From a virus, in the IMG/VR virus record IMGVR_UViG_3300021197_001769: a stretch of 64,000 bases of DNA; one strand, given 5' to 3'. The first letter of the stretch is position 1, and each line of letters opens with the position of its first letter. The notes beneath the pieces were generated by a model, which ran no database searches, was not told the origin of the DNA, and saw nothing but the letters and a program-made list of their open reading frames with translations. This document shows positions 37,790 through 45,998 of this stretch, piece after piece. The position numbers and the translations under genes are program-made.

Positions 37790-38060
37790 CTTTTTCCTTT
37801 CTTTCTTCTATTAAAATACTTAATTGTAAAGGTACAAGCATATGGAGTTTATAATTTTCTGATTTAGGATCATCTCTAAGTTTATCAGATAATAACTCAA
37901 CATAGTCCATTGCATCAGCAACAGATAACTCTAATAATTTTACATGTACCTCTTTACCAGAAGCTAAATATTTGTCTGCTGCAAGATGCGCATCCATAAT
38001 AGCTTCTTCTAGAGACATTCTTTCTTCTGGAGTCATTAATTGTTTTTTACCCTTTTTCAT
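37767..38060 (-). CDS. hypothetical protein
   Basis: coupled within the g45-g44 operon. Confidence 0.6.
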   Translation of the reverse strand: MKKGKKQLMTPEERMSLEEAIMDAHLAADKYLASGKEVHVKLLELSVADAMDYVELLSDKLRDDPKSENYKLHMLVPLQLSILIEERKEKDAKKALT

Positions 38061-38697
38061 AACTACCTTCAGGTTGTAACGCTACATAATAATTGATATA
38101 GTTACCAGTAAATCTAGCTAAACCTTTAGTACAAATAGCTACGTCATAATCATCTGGAACCATCTTAAGTTTATCTACAGAGATAGATAAATTATACTTA
38201 TCATCAGTATCAGGAGTATCAACACTAAACTGATTAGAGTTAGGTACTGCTTTATCATGAACTACAATACCGTCATTAGTAAAAGTTAAGTCACTAGCAT
38301 TATTAATAGAAGCAGCTCTTACTATCATACCTAAAGTATTTCTATCTATTTGTAGTTTAATCTCTTCAGAAGGTAAAGTAACACCTTTCTCAGGAGGTTG
38401 AGTAATAACAGTAGGATCAGCATAAAAATATTTCTGCTTAGTTTTACCTTGAATAAGTAACATATGATCGTCTTCTAAAGTAATATCAGGATCTTCAAAT
38501 AAAGATATAACTCCTAATAACTCATTTAGATCATATATAGAAACCTGTTTATCAAAGGTCTCCTCAATGGTAGCATCAGCAAATACATCTTTAACGTTAC
38601 TAATAGTTTCTATCTTATTACCAGGTTTAATAACGATAGATTGATTAATAGCAGAAAAGTTCTTAAGTATAGCTAACGTTTGCTTGCTCAGTTTCAT
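38047..38697 (-). CDS. 45: sliding clamp gp45
   Basis: MKLSKQTLAILKNFSAINQSI, IYDLNE.L, YFYADP, YYVAL. Confidence 0.95.
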   Translation of the reverse strand: MKLSKQTLAILKNFSAINQSIVIKPGNKIETISNVKDVFADATIEETFDKQVSIYDLNELLGVISLFEDPDITLEDDHMLLIQGKTKQKYFYADPTVITQPPEKGVTLPSEEIKLQIDRNTLGMIVRAASINNASDLTFTNDGIVVHDKAVPNSNQFSVDTPDTDDKYNLSISVDKLKMVPDDYDVAICTKGLARFTGNYINYYVALQPEGSYEKG

Positions 38698-39260
38698 TTC
38701 TTTTTCCTTCTAGTTTTTCTTGTTATAGTAACTTCTTCGACTTTTTTCAAATCATCAATTGTATAGACATCTCCAGGTTTATATTTAGCTGTAGGAGATG
38801 ATGCAATGACTTGCCATTTAGTTTTCATTTGCATATCACTGCCCCAGAAATCGCATATCCAATCTCCGTGTCTTAGATACCAGTTAATGTCTTGAGTATA
38901 ACCATACCACCTATTCATCTCAGCGTTTCTATGAGCCCACTCTTTATTAGTAAGACCTTTTTGTTTAAGACTAGATTTTGCAGAAGAATATAATTCTTTA
39001 GCATTCTTTAACCAAGCTAATACATCTTCTAATGGTCTTGCATCTGGTAGATAAACTGAAGGATGATGAGTCAACTTCTTAGTAGGGTTCTTAGCTTGCT
39101 TAGCTGCTCTAGCTTTTGCTAGTCTTTCAACAGCTTTAGCTTTCTGTTCTTCAGACATAGGTTTACGAGATTTTCGAAACTTAGTTCTTTTAGGAGTAAG
39201 TTCATCAATAAGCTTTTGCTTACTAGTTTTAGTAACACGATTAGCCATATAGCACCTCAA
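38694..39260 (-). CDS. conserved basic hypothetical protein
   Basis: RKPMSEEQK..A.ERLAKAR, YLR.GDW...F.G. Confidence 0.7.
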   Translation of the reverse strand: MRCYMANRVTKTSKQKLIDELTPKRTKFRKSRKPMSEEQKAKAVERLAKARAAKQAKNPTKKLTHHPSVYLPDARPLEDVLAWLKNAKELYSSAKSSLKQKGLTNKEWAHRNAEMNRWYGYTQDINWYLRHGDWICDFWGSDMQMKTKWQVIASSPTAKYKPGDVYTIDDLKKVEEVTITRKTRRKKK

Positions 39261-39304
39261 AATTATTGGTATCTATATTATTATAGTTGATTTTTTGAAA
39301 AAGT

Positions 39305-39475
39305 TTATTCTTTGTCTTTGTGGAAGGAAACGAGCCACTTAATATCATTCTTAATTTCTGCGATACTTGTTGTTATATGCTTTAAATGATTAGTCTCAAT
39401 AATGTACACACGCCAGGCGACAAAACCGACGACGGACACAAGAGTAGTAACAAACATAGTTTCGTAAAAATCCAT
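39305..39475 (-). CDS. small single-TM protein (not in the ORF track)
   Basis: MDFYETMFVTTLVSVVGFVAWRVY...; GGAG RBS; late-like AATAAATA at 39551-39544. Confidence 0.55.
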   Translation of the reverse strand: MDFYETMFVTTLVSVVGFVAWRVYIIETNHLKHITTSIAEIKNDIKWLVSFHKDKE

Positions 39476-39549
39476 AATAGCTCCGATAAATTAATTTTTT
39501 AAATGTAATTGCTGTTTTACCTACAGGAGCTACCTGGTTGAATTATTTA

Positions 39550-40584
39550 TTATTCGTAAACTTTGTTATGAGTATTATTCACTAAAATAAAGGTACTACA
39601 CTTACTTAATTCTCTTATCTTAGCTGCTCCAACATAAGTACAAGCAGATCTTAAACCACCTAATATACTTTGTACAGTAGGTTCTAAAGGTCCTTTAAAT
39701 GGCATAGTAACAACTTTACCTTCAGCACTTTTATATTTACTTAACCCACCATCATACTTATTCTGAGCTACTTCAGATGACATACCATAAAACTGCTTTA
39801 CCATTTCACCATCTCTATTAACAAGATCACCACCAGATTCTTCGTGACCTGCTAACATACCACCTAGCATAGTAAAGTGAGCTCCAGCACCAAATGCTTT
39901 TGCTACATCGCCTGGAGATGTACAACCACCATCTGAAATAACATGTCCACCTAATCCATTAGCAGCATCACTACATTCTATAACTGCAGATAATTGAGGA
40001 AAACCTACTCCTGTTTGTATTCTAGTAGTACATACAGAACCTGGTCCTATACCAATTTTAATAATATCTGCTCCGCTTAAAATAAGCTCTTGCGTTTGAT
40101 CAGCAGTACATACATTACCAGCAACTATAATAGTATTAGGATTTTCTTCTCTAAAACTTTTTATAAAATTAATAAACCTTTCAGTATATCCATTTGCTAC
40201 ATCAATATTAACAAACTTTATAGTATCTTTTGGAAGTTTACTTTTTAGCATTTTCCATTTCTGAGTATCTAAATCTGTAATACCCATTGAGTAAGCTAAA
40301 TTCTCTCTCTTTTCAGAAGCAAAAAGATCATACAAAGTATCAATATTATAATGTTTATGAAGAAAGGTAAGTATCTTATAACGATTAAGTACTTTGTATG
40401 TCTCTACAGTACCTGTTGCATCCATATTAGAAGCAATAATAGGAATACCTTCCCATTGGCGGTTACTATTTTTAAAAGTAAATTTTCTCTCTAATCTTAC
40501 TTGTGATCTAGATTCAAGTGTACTTCTTTTAGGTTTTAAAAGTACATCATTAAAATCTAATTTAATATCTGTTTCAATTCTCAT
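39550..40584 (-). CDS. guaC: GMP reductase
   Basis: LDFNDVLLKPKRSTL.SR, IDVANGY, KIGIGPGSVCTTR, DGGC..PGDVAKAFG, FYGMSS, LGGLRSACTY. Confidence 0.95.
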   Translation of the reverse strand: MRIETDIKLDFNDVLLKPKRSTLESRSQVRLERKFTFKNSNRQWEGIPIIASNMDATGTVETYKVLNRYKILTFLHKHYNIDTLYDLFASEKRENLAYSMGITDLDTQKWKMLKSKLPKDTIKFVNIDVANGYTERFINFIKSFREENPNTIIVAGNVCTADQTQELILSGADIIKIGIGPGSVCTTRIQTGVGFPQLSAVIECSDAANGLGGHVISDGGCTSPGDVAKAFGAGAHFTMLGGMLAGHEESGGDLVNRDGEMVKQFYGMSSEVAQNKYDGGLSKYKSAEGKVVTMPFKGPLEPTVQSILGGLRSACTYVGAAKIRELSKCSTFILVNNTHNKVYE

Positions 40585-41088
40585 TTAATCCTCGGGTATG
40601 TTAAATTGGTTCTCCCAAGGGAAAACTATCCAAGCATCAGGGTCACCATCTGTTGCTTTTTCTGTTAATTCTTCTCCTACAAACAACGCTGAATAAGGAG
40701 CACTTACTCTTTCTAATACCATAGCAAATTCATATTTAAAAGTTAAGTTATCTCTATTGCTTAACATTCTATCATCAATATATGCTAATGTACCACTACT
40801 ATCATTTATATCGTCAATAAACAATACTTTTTTATCTTCAGAGAAATGAGTTGCAATATCAAAAAAATGTTGGAATCCCATAGCGTTTGACACCACATTA
40901 TCTCTTAATCTTATATCTAAAGGTAAAAAAGGTTTATCCATTATATGAGATAATTGAATACCTGGAATAGCTCCACCTCTTACAACACCAACTATATAAT
41001 CAGGAACCCATTCTTTACGATAAAGATCTAATGCAATTCCATGCACTAGATGATCTATTTTTTGCCAAGTATAATAAACTTTATTCAT
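40585..41088 (-). CDS. purine phosphoribosyltransferase (Gpt/Hpt-like)
   Basis: GVVRGG.IP, VLFIDDINDSSGT PRPP motif, WIVFPWE. Confidence 0.85.
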   Translation of the reverse strand: MNKVYYTWQKIDHLVHGIALDLYRKEWVPDYIVGVVRGGAIPGIQLSHIMDKPFLPLDIRLRDNVVSNAMGFQHFFDIATHFSEDKKVLFIDDINDSSGTLAYIDDRMLSNRDNLTFKYEFAMVLERVSAPYSALFVGEELTEKATDGDPDAWIVFPWENQFNIPED

Positions 41089-41422
41089 GTTCTCCGCCTA
41101 CATCCTTAGGATCTAGTTCAACTCTTTTTCCGTTTACATAAATTGCTCTAGAACGACTAGGTGTATGATATGTAAAATTTAATTTTCTTGCTGATGTAAA
41201 TGTAGCTACAGTTACTACAATAGCTGATATAAGAAAAATATGAGCAATAGTAGTTATACCAAAAACCCACATACTACCAAAGTAACTCGAAAAAGCTATA
41301 CACCACATCCATGCAAGTATCTGCATTACCATATGTCTAACTTGCAAATCAGGAATATTTTTTAAAGGGTTATAGTTAAAATTCATAACAGCATTCCAAC
41401 TATCATATATGAATTGTCTCAT
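41081..41422 (-). CDS. membrane hypothetical protein
   Basis: NPLKNIPDLQVRH.VMQILAWMW plus two TM segments. Confidence 0.7.
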   Translation of the reverse strand: MRQFIYDSWNAVMNFNYNPLKNIPDLQVRHMVMQILAWMWCIAFSSYFGSMWVFGITTIAHIFLISAIVVTVATFTSARKLNFTYHTPSRSRAIYVNGKRVELDPKDVGGEHE

Positions 41423-41622
41423 TTTAGATCCTTTTGTAGTTTTTCTAATAACTCCTTATGTTCTCTTACAACACGTAAACAGTTAGGCATATCCGTTCTA
41501 TAATTAATCCAAATTTTTCTTAATACTTTAGCATCACCTGAATCATTCAAACAATCTGCTGAACTCAGATTGTCTGAAATTACTTTTTCTAATTCAGTTA
41601 ATTTTTCAATATTATAAAACAT
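41419..41622 (-). CDS. hypothetical protein
   Basis: coupled ORF. Confidence 0.55.
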   Translation of the reverse strand: MFYNIEKLTELEKVISDNLSSADCLNDSGDAKVLRKIWINYRTDMPNCLRVVREHKELLEKLQKDLK

Positions 41623-42129
41623 TTATTTTTTAAACTTTAGCCTATGTTCAATACCATTTATCACAAATGTTATAGTAGAGTGAGAATAAATTGTTTCCAT
41701 CGACTCATTATACCTTGTAGTTTTATTACAAATAAGTTTAGTTCCACCTGAAGCATCACTATTTTGATTAGCAATAATACCACCTATAATAGCTCCTGCA
41801 GTACCTCCATCAGGAAGATTTTTAGTAACATTATTACCTATAGCACCTCCAATAAGAGCTCCTAATAAAGTATCAGCTGTCTTATCTCCTGATACTTCTC
41901 TTTCAGAACAAACTTCTACTGTATAAGGTGTTCTTCGAATAATTTTTTTATATTCATCTGAAACCGTTCCTCTTACAGTTTGGTTTAATTTAGTTTCAAC
42001 TGAAGTTTGAGCTGAAACAGGAAAAATAATGGAGCAGCATAAAGCTACTCCAAGGGGAATTAATTTAAGCATTAGCCATCTCCATTGCTGTTTTAACTGC
42101 ATTAATCTTTTTAGATCTATTAGCACCAT
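41623..42129 (-). CDS. glycine-zipper 2TM outer-membrane-type protein
   Basis: GALIGGAIG...GAIIGGIIA; signal-like N-terminus (true start probably MLKLIP). Confidence 0.75.
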   Translation of the reverse strand: MVLIDLKRLMQLKQQWRWLMLKLIPLGVALCCSIIFPVSAQTSVETKLNQTVRGTVSDEYKKIIRRTPYTVEVCSEREVSGDKTADTLLGALIGGAIGNNVTKNLPDGGTAGAIIGGIIANQNSDASGGTKLICNKTTRYNESMETIYSHSTITFVINGIEHRLKFKK

Positions 42130-43039
42130 ACCACATGCTATTCAATCTAGTCTGAGTAGAAGTACCAATCTTATGATCAGTTACATAAGTAACAGCGTTA
42201 AGAGCCTGCCACCAAGATCCTTTAGCGAAATTAGCTCCAGGCTGAGTTTCGAAAGAATCATAAGCTAACTGAGCAGTTCTAGTTAGTAACTTCTCTTTAG
42301 TATCTTTATCTTCTTTCTTAGATTCACCGAATACTTTACTTAAGAATTCTTTGAACTTAGCATCTGAAATCTGCTTAGAACCTAAATTCACAGCAATATC
42401 TTTATACTCATCCATTTTCTCTTGAGCAAGACCTAAAACCTTCTTAACCATTTCTGGATCGAACTCTTTTCTATGAGAGATTCTAGCAAAGTTCTGAGAC
42501 TCAGTACCTAAAGATAAAGTTAAAGTATTATTACATACAACTCTAATAGGAGTAAATCTAACATCTACAGACTGACCAAACTGATGAGGGTTAGAGAATA
42601 AAAGAAAACCTTCTACTTTATCTCCATTGAATAATTCAAAGTCAGAAGAGATCTTTCCTAAAGCCCATACTTTCTTTCCGTTAAACAACGAACCTGCAGT
42701 ATGCATCTTAATAGAACCTTCTTTACAAAAGCTCTCAAAAAACTGAAAAGCTTCCTTATTCTGAACTGGATACCATTCCTTACCAACGATATCTAAAGGT
42801 TGATCATCTGATTGTCTAATTAAGACATCTTTATTAGGAACACTTAACATTGATCCATCACTAGATTTATACTTAAGAGGAACTTTTTTAACTTCCCAGT
42901 CTAGACCAGCAGCTTCCATCATTTCCATAGGCATAACACCTTCTTTGAGTTCTACACCTAAACCATGCCAAGGCTTTTCACCTACATATGCCATTTGAGC
43001 TTTATTATCTACTATTTCTAATTCATGAGCCATATTCAA
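42065..43039 (-). CDS. DUF932/DUF945 family protein
   Basis: MAYVGEKPWHGLG, AGLDWEV, VQNKEAF.FF, TAGSL..GKKVW, TPIRVVCNNTL. Confidence 0.9.
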   Translation of the reverse strand: MNMAHELEIVDNKAQMAYVGEKPWHGLGVELKEGVMPMEMMEAAGLDWEVKKVPLKYKSSDGSMLSVPNKDVLIRQSDDQPLDIVGKEWYPVQNKEAFQFFESFCKEGSIKMHTAGSLFNGKKVWALGKISSDFELFNGDKVEGFLLFSNPHQFGQSVDVRFTPIRVVCNNTLTLSLGTESQNFARISHRKEFDPEMVKKVLGLAQEKMDEYKDIAVNLGSKQISDAKFKEFLSKVFGESKKEDKDTKEKLLTRTAQLAYDSFETQPGANFAKGSWWQALNAVTYVTDHKIGTSTQTRLNSMWYGANRSKKINAVKTAMEMANA

Positions 43040-43133
43040 ATCTCCTACAATTTATTTCTCAATTTCTTATACTATTATTATACTAACTTTTTTAAAAAAG
43101 TTTTTCTAAGACTAAGTTTTTTTTAAAAAAGTT

Positions 43134-43210
43134 TGGCCTGCCCTGAGAGATTCGAACTCCCGGCCTGCTGCTTAGAAGGCAGCTGCTCTATCCAGCTGAG
43201 CTAAGGGCAG
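43134..43210 (-). tRNA. tRNA-Arg(UCU)
   Basis: CTGCCCT/AGGGCAG acceptor, D-arm GCTC/GAGC, anticodon GCTGC-CT-TCT-AA-GCAGC, TTCGAAT T-loop, encoded CCA. Confidence 0.96.
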
Positions 43211-43417
43211 TTAGAAAGGAATATAATCTAGATCATATCCATAAGACCAATGACCGTTATCTAGATCAAAAATACACCTATCAGCTAAATCAAAAGGAAT
43301 CTCTTTTATATCAATACCGTACTTTTCGCCTTGTTTTTCGCAAAGTTCTATCTTCTTAATCTTACTATGACCAAACTTTGAATAAACTGGGCTTCCTACT
43401 TTTAACGTATTATTCAT
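43211..43417 (-). CDS. hypothetical protein
   Basis: AGGAG RBS; FDLDNGHWSYG. Confidence 0.65.
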   Translation of the reverse strand: MNNTLKVGSPVYSKFGHSKIKKIELCEKQGEKYGIDIKEIPFDLADRCIFDLDNGHWSYGYDLDYIPF

Positions 43418-43442
43418 AAAAATCTCTCCTTAATTAAATTTA

Positions 43443-43600
43443 TGAGGGGCTCTCTTACAATCACTTCTACCTAGGTATACCCCTCAGCGGTAGAAGCGGG
43501 CAGTTTTTAGATGAGGTTACGGTTCCTTGAGTCCTACCAGACTTGTAAACCTCTGAGACTGTCGAGCCTATCGCTCTCCCTTATTCAGCCTCTCAACCTT
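43443..43600 (-). ncRNA. candidate structured RNA with H-type pseudoknot (family not recognised)
   Basis: about 49% GC by hand count in an AT-rich genome; two nested stem modules plus interleaved CUUCUACC/GGUAGAAG and UGAGGGG/CCCCUCA; own promoter. Confidence 0.6.
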
Positions 43601-43640
43601 TACTATCGCTATGTCATTTTATATTTCCTTTTCTTCATTT

Positions 43641-43679
43641 TATACTTTATTATAACCTCTTTTTAATCAAAAGGCAACT
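43641..43679 (-). promoter_or_regulatory. phage early promoter
   Basis: TTGCCT (43677-43672), 17 bp, TATAAT (43654-43649), AAAGTATA. Confidence 0.85.
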
Positions 43680-43685
43680 ACTTTT

Positions 43686-43931
43686 TTAACTAATTCCTAA
43701 CTCTTTAGCAACTAATTTTCTACCTTGATCAAAACCAACATGACCTCTAGCTTCTAATGAATCATTCATTGCTTCACTCTCAGTATAAAATCTATCCTGA
43801 TGAGCTATATTGATCTTAGTCGCTAGAGCAGCACCTACTGAAGGATACTTATTAATAAGTTGAGTAGCAAGTTCATCTTGCTCTTCTGAACTCATTGCTT
43901 CTAATAATTCTACTAAATCTGTAATCTGCAT
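43686..43931 (-). CDS. hypothetical early protein
   Basis: start trimmed to MQITDL after GAGGGA. Confidence 0.65.
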   Translation of the reverse strand: MQITDLVELLEAMSSEEQDELATQLINKYPSVGAALATKINIAHQDRFYTESEAMNDSLEARGHVGFDQGRKLVAKELGIS

Positions 43932-43951
43932 ATCTTTCCCTCTCTTCATTT

Positions 43952-43990
43952 TATACTTTATTATAGCCTACTTTTAACCATAAATCAACT
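43952..43990 (-). promoter_or_regulatory. phage early promoter
   Basis: TTGATT (43988-43983), 17 bp, TATAAT (43965-43960), AAAGTATA. Confidence 0.8.
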
Positions 43991-44380
43991 GTTTTTTTCA
44001 TTATTTTTAAAAAAAGTAAAGATTTTTTGTATTTCATCATAATCCCATTTACGCATTTCAGTAATACCAGAGATCTTATTAGGTTCCCACCAATTATGAA
44101 AAAACTCTTCATTCTTATCTTTACAGATACCCATCATAACTGTTTTCTCTAAATGCTCAGCTTCTAATCTTGTATACTTTTGTTTAGTACTATACATAAC
44201 TTTAATATCAGAGAAATGCTCAGAGATAGGATTAGGTTCATCAATACCTCTATAGTTAAGTCTAGTCATAGCATCTTTAGAACTTGTAATTCCAACCTTA
44301 TATACTACTCTAGGTTCAGAATCAGTTCTTTTTAATTTTGCTAGATAGACCTTGTATCTTTTTTCTGTTTTAAAATCCAT
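43985..44380 (-). CDS. GIY-YIG-like (T5orf172-type) protein
   Basis: KVYL...VYKVGIT...RL, AE.LEK, G.TE. Confidence 0.55.
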   Translation of the reverse strand: MDFKTEKRYKVYLAKLKRTDSEPRVVYKVGITSSKDAMTRLNYRGIDEPNPISEHFSDIKVMYSTKQKYTRLEAEHLEKTVMMGICKDKNEEFFHNWWEPNKISGITEMRKWDYDEIQKIFTFFKNNEKNS

Positions 44381-44530
44381 AATATTAACTCCTTAACTCC
44401 TTTAACAGTTTGACCATAAACTGTTCCGTATTCATGATACGAACCGCACCATCTATTTTCTTTTACACTTTTAAATACTTTAACTGAAGGTTCATCTTGT
44501 AAGAAATATTCTATACCTCCAGTTTCTTCG

Positions 44531-44773
44531 TTACGTGCTCGTATCCACATCTTCAAACTTACTTTCAACTTCTTTAATATGCTTACACTTAGCATAAGCA
44601 ATACAATCACAAGAAAAACCATGATTAGTCATTTCAACACTATAAGTATTACCTTTAGATCCTTTGATAGGCCAAATTATACCTACCCAAGGATGATTCT
44701 TAGTATTGATATCTTCAGCTTTATGACTAAACATAAGGTCTGAATCCTTCTGACTGTATTTCTGACCAAGCAA
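44531..44773 (-). CDS. SWIM zinc-finger protein
   Basis: GSKGNTYSV...FSCDC.A..KCKH. Confidence 0.75.
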   Translation of the reverse strand: MLGQKYSQKDSDLMFSHKAEDINTKNHPWVGIIWPIKGSKGNTYSVEMTNHGFSCDCIAYAKCKHIKEVESKFEDVDTST

Positions 44774-44945
44774 AGTCGACCATCTCTCCTACGACATCTG
44801 CTTCGATCCAGTTATACTCTTTACTGCTAAGCTCTTCAGCTTTTTTTACAGCTTCTTCGATACAATCTGCATCCTTAACTATTTTAATAATAGCATCTTC
44901 GAATTTCTCTTCTAAATCCATGATATATCTTTTAGTATTTGACAT
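44727..44945 (-). CDS. hypothetical early protein
   Basis: first gene after an early promoter. Confidence 0.65.
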   Translation of the reverse strand: MSNTKRYIMDLEEKFEDAIIKIVKDADCIEEAVKKAEELSSKEYNWIEADVVGEMVDFAWSEIQSEGFRPYV

Positions 44946-44969
44946 TTTATTTCCCTTCTTTTCTAATTT

Positions 44970-45008
44970 TATACTTTATTATAACTACTTTTCCTACAAA
45001 GTGCAACT
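44970..45008 (-). promoter_or_regulatory. phage early promoter
   Basis: TTGCAC (45006-45001), 17 bp, TATAAT (44983-44978), AAAGTATA. Confidence 0.8.
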
Positions 45009-45218
45009 GTTTTTTTCCATTTTTCCAAACTTTATTAAAGAAGCTTCTAACTCTTTAACCATAACATATCTTTTAATAAGCTGCTTTTTTACTTCTTCTT
45101 TTAATTCTCTATTAATCTGATAAGGTAAAGTATCAACTAAAATTCTAATAATTTCTGGCTTATTAGAACTGCTTAAAATATTTGCTTTTAATCTTGCTAC
45201 TGAAATTGGTCTAGTCAT
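44994..45218 (-). CDS. hypothetical early protein
   Basis: AAGGAA RBS after an early promoter. Confidence 0.6.
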   Translation of the reverse strand: MTRPISVARLKANILSSSNKPEIIRILVDTLPYQINRELKEEVKKQLIKRYVMVKELEASLIKFGKMEKNSCTL

Positions 45219-45237
45219 TTTATTTCCTTTTCTTTAT

Positions 45238-45276
45238 TATACTTTATTATCGTATACTTCTCGTCAAAAGGCAACT
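45238..45276 (-). promoter_or_regulatory. phage early promoter
   Basis: TTGCCT (45274-45269), 17 bp, GATAAT (45251-45246), AAAGTATA. Confidence 0.8.
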
Positions 45277-45304
45277 AAAAAAGGGCTCAAAAGCCCTTTT
45301 TTTT
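45277..45304. terminator. bidirectional rho-independent terminator
   Basis: A6-GGGCT-CAAA-AGCCC-T8. Confidence 0.8.
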
Positions 45305-45395
45305 CTCTAATATTTCTATTTGTTCTTTAAGTTTAGCATTCTCTTCAGATAATTCTTTTATTCTAATTAGAAGCTTATGGTTATATTCTGTTTCA

Positions 45396-45998
45396 TCAGC
45401 TATTGTTTTTTTCAGCATGTCTAACTCGTTCATGTACTACCTCATCAGCTAAATTATATTCTACAGCTTCTGCTGCTGTCATAAAGTTATCTCTATCCAT
45501 ATCTTTTTCAAGTTTTACAAAACTATGACCTGTATGTCTAACATAAATTTCAGTTAAAACTTTTTTCCATCGCTGCAGTTCTTTGAAAGCTATTTCTACT
45601 TCAGTAGCCTGTCCTGAAGCACCACCTAGAGGCTGATGAATCATATGTCTGCTATTTGTAGTTACTAATCTTTTAGCTCCTGCACAAGCAAGTAAAGAGC
45701 CCATCGAAGCTGCTTGACCAGTAACAATGGTAGTTATTGGAGACTGAATATACATCATAATATCATAGATAGCCATTCCAGCTACTACACTACCTCCAGG
45801 TGAATTTATATACATATTAATAGGTGCTTTAGGGTTTTGACTCTCTAACCATAACAAAGTAGCTACTATATGATTACTCATATTTTCTTCTACTACACCA
45901 TTTAAAAATAAAATTCTATCTTTAGCTAATCGAGTATAAACATCGTAAGCTTTTTCTCTTCCATCTTTTTCTGTTTCAATTACTGCTGGAAACGGCAT
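45396..45998 (-). CDS. clpP: ATP-dependent Clp protease proteolytic subunit
   Basis: YDVYTRL..DRILFL, YINSPGGSV, GQAASMGS (Ser), MIHQP (His), DRDNFM (Asp). Confidence 0.96.
   Translation of the reverse strand: MPFPAVIETEKDGREKAYDVYTRLAKDRILFLNGVVEENMSNHIVATLLWLESQNPKAPINMYINSPGGSVVAGMAIYDIMMYIQSPITTIVTGQAASMGSLLACAGAKRLVTTNSRHMIHQPLGGASGQATEVEIAFKELQRWKKVLTEIYVRHTGHSFVKLEKDMDRDNFMTAAEAVEYNLADEVVHERVRHAEKNNS

Noticed and set aside
43085-43133. 18-bp palindrome AACTTTTTTAAAAAAGTT with a partial second copy upstream of the DUF932 gene
   Set aside because: Low-complexity A/T runs in an AT-rich genome; cannot be distinguished from chance or a weak terminator.
43443-43600. Hammerhead ribozyme, tRNA or preQ1 riboswitch as identity of the structured RNA
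   Set aside because: No CUGAnGA/GAAA core, no cloverleaf or CCA, and no preQ1 consensus recognisable by eye.
45396-45998. ClpP as a prohead maturation protease
   Set aside because: It resembles cellular ClpP over its whole length and is not next to head genes; T4-like phages use gp21.
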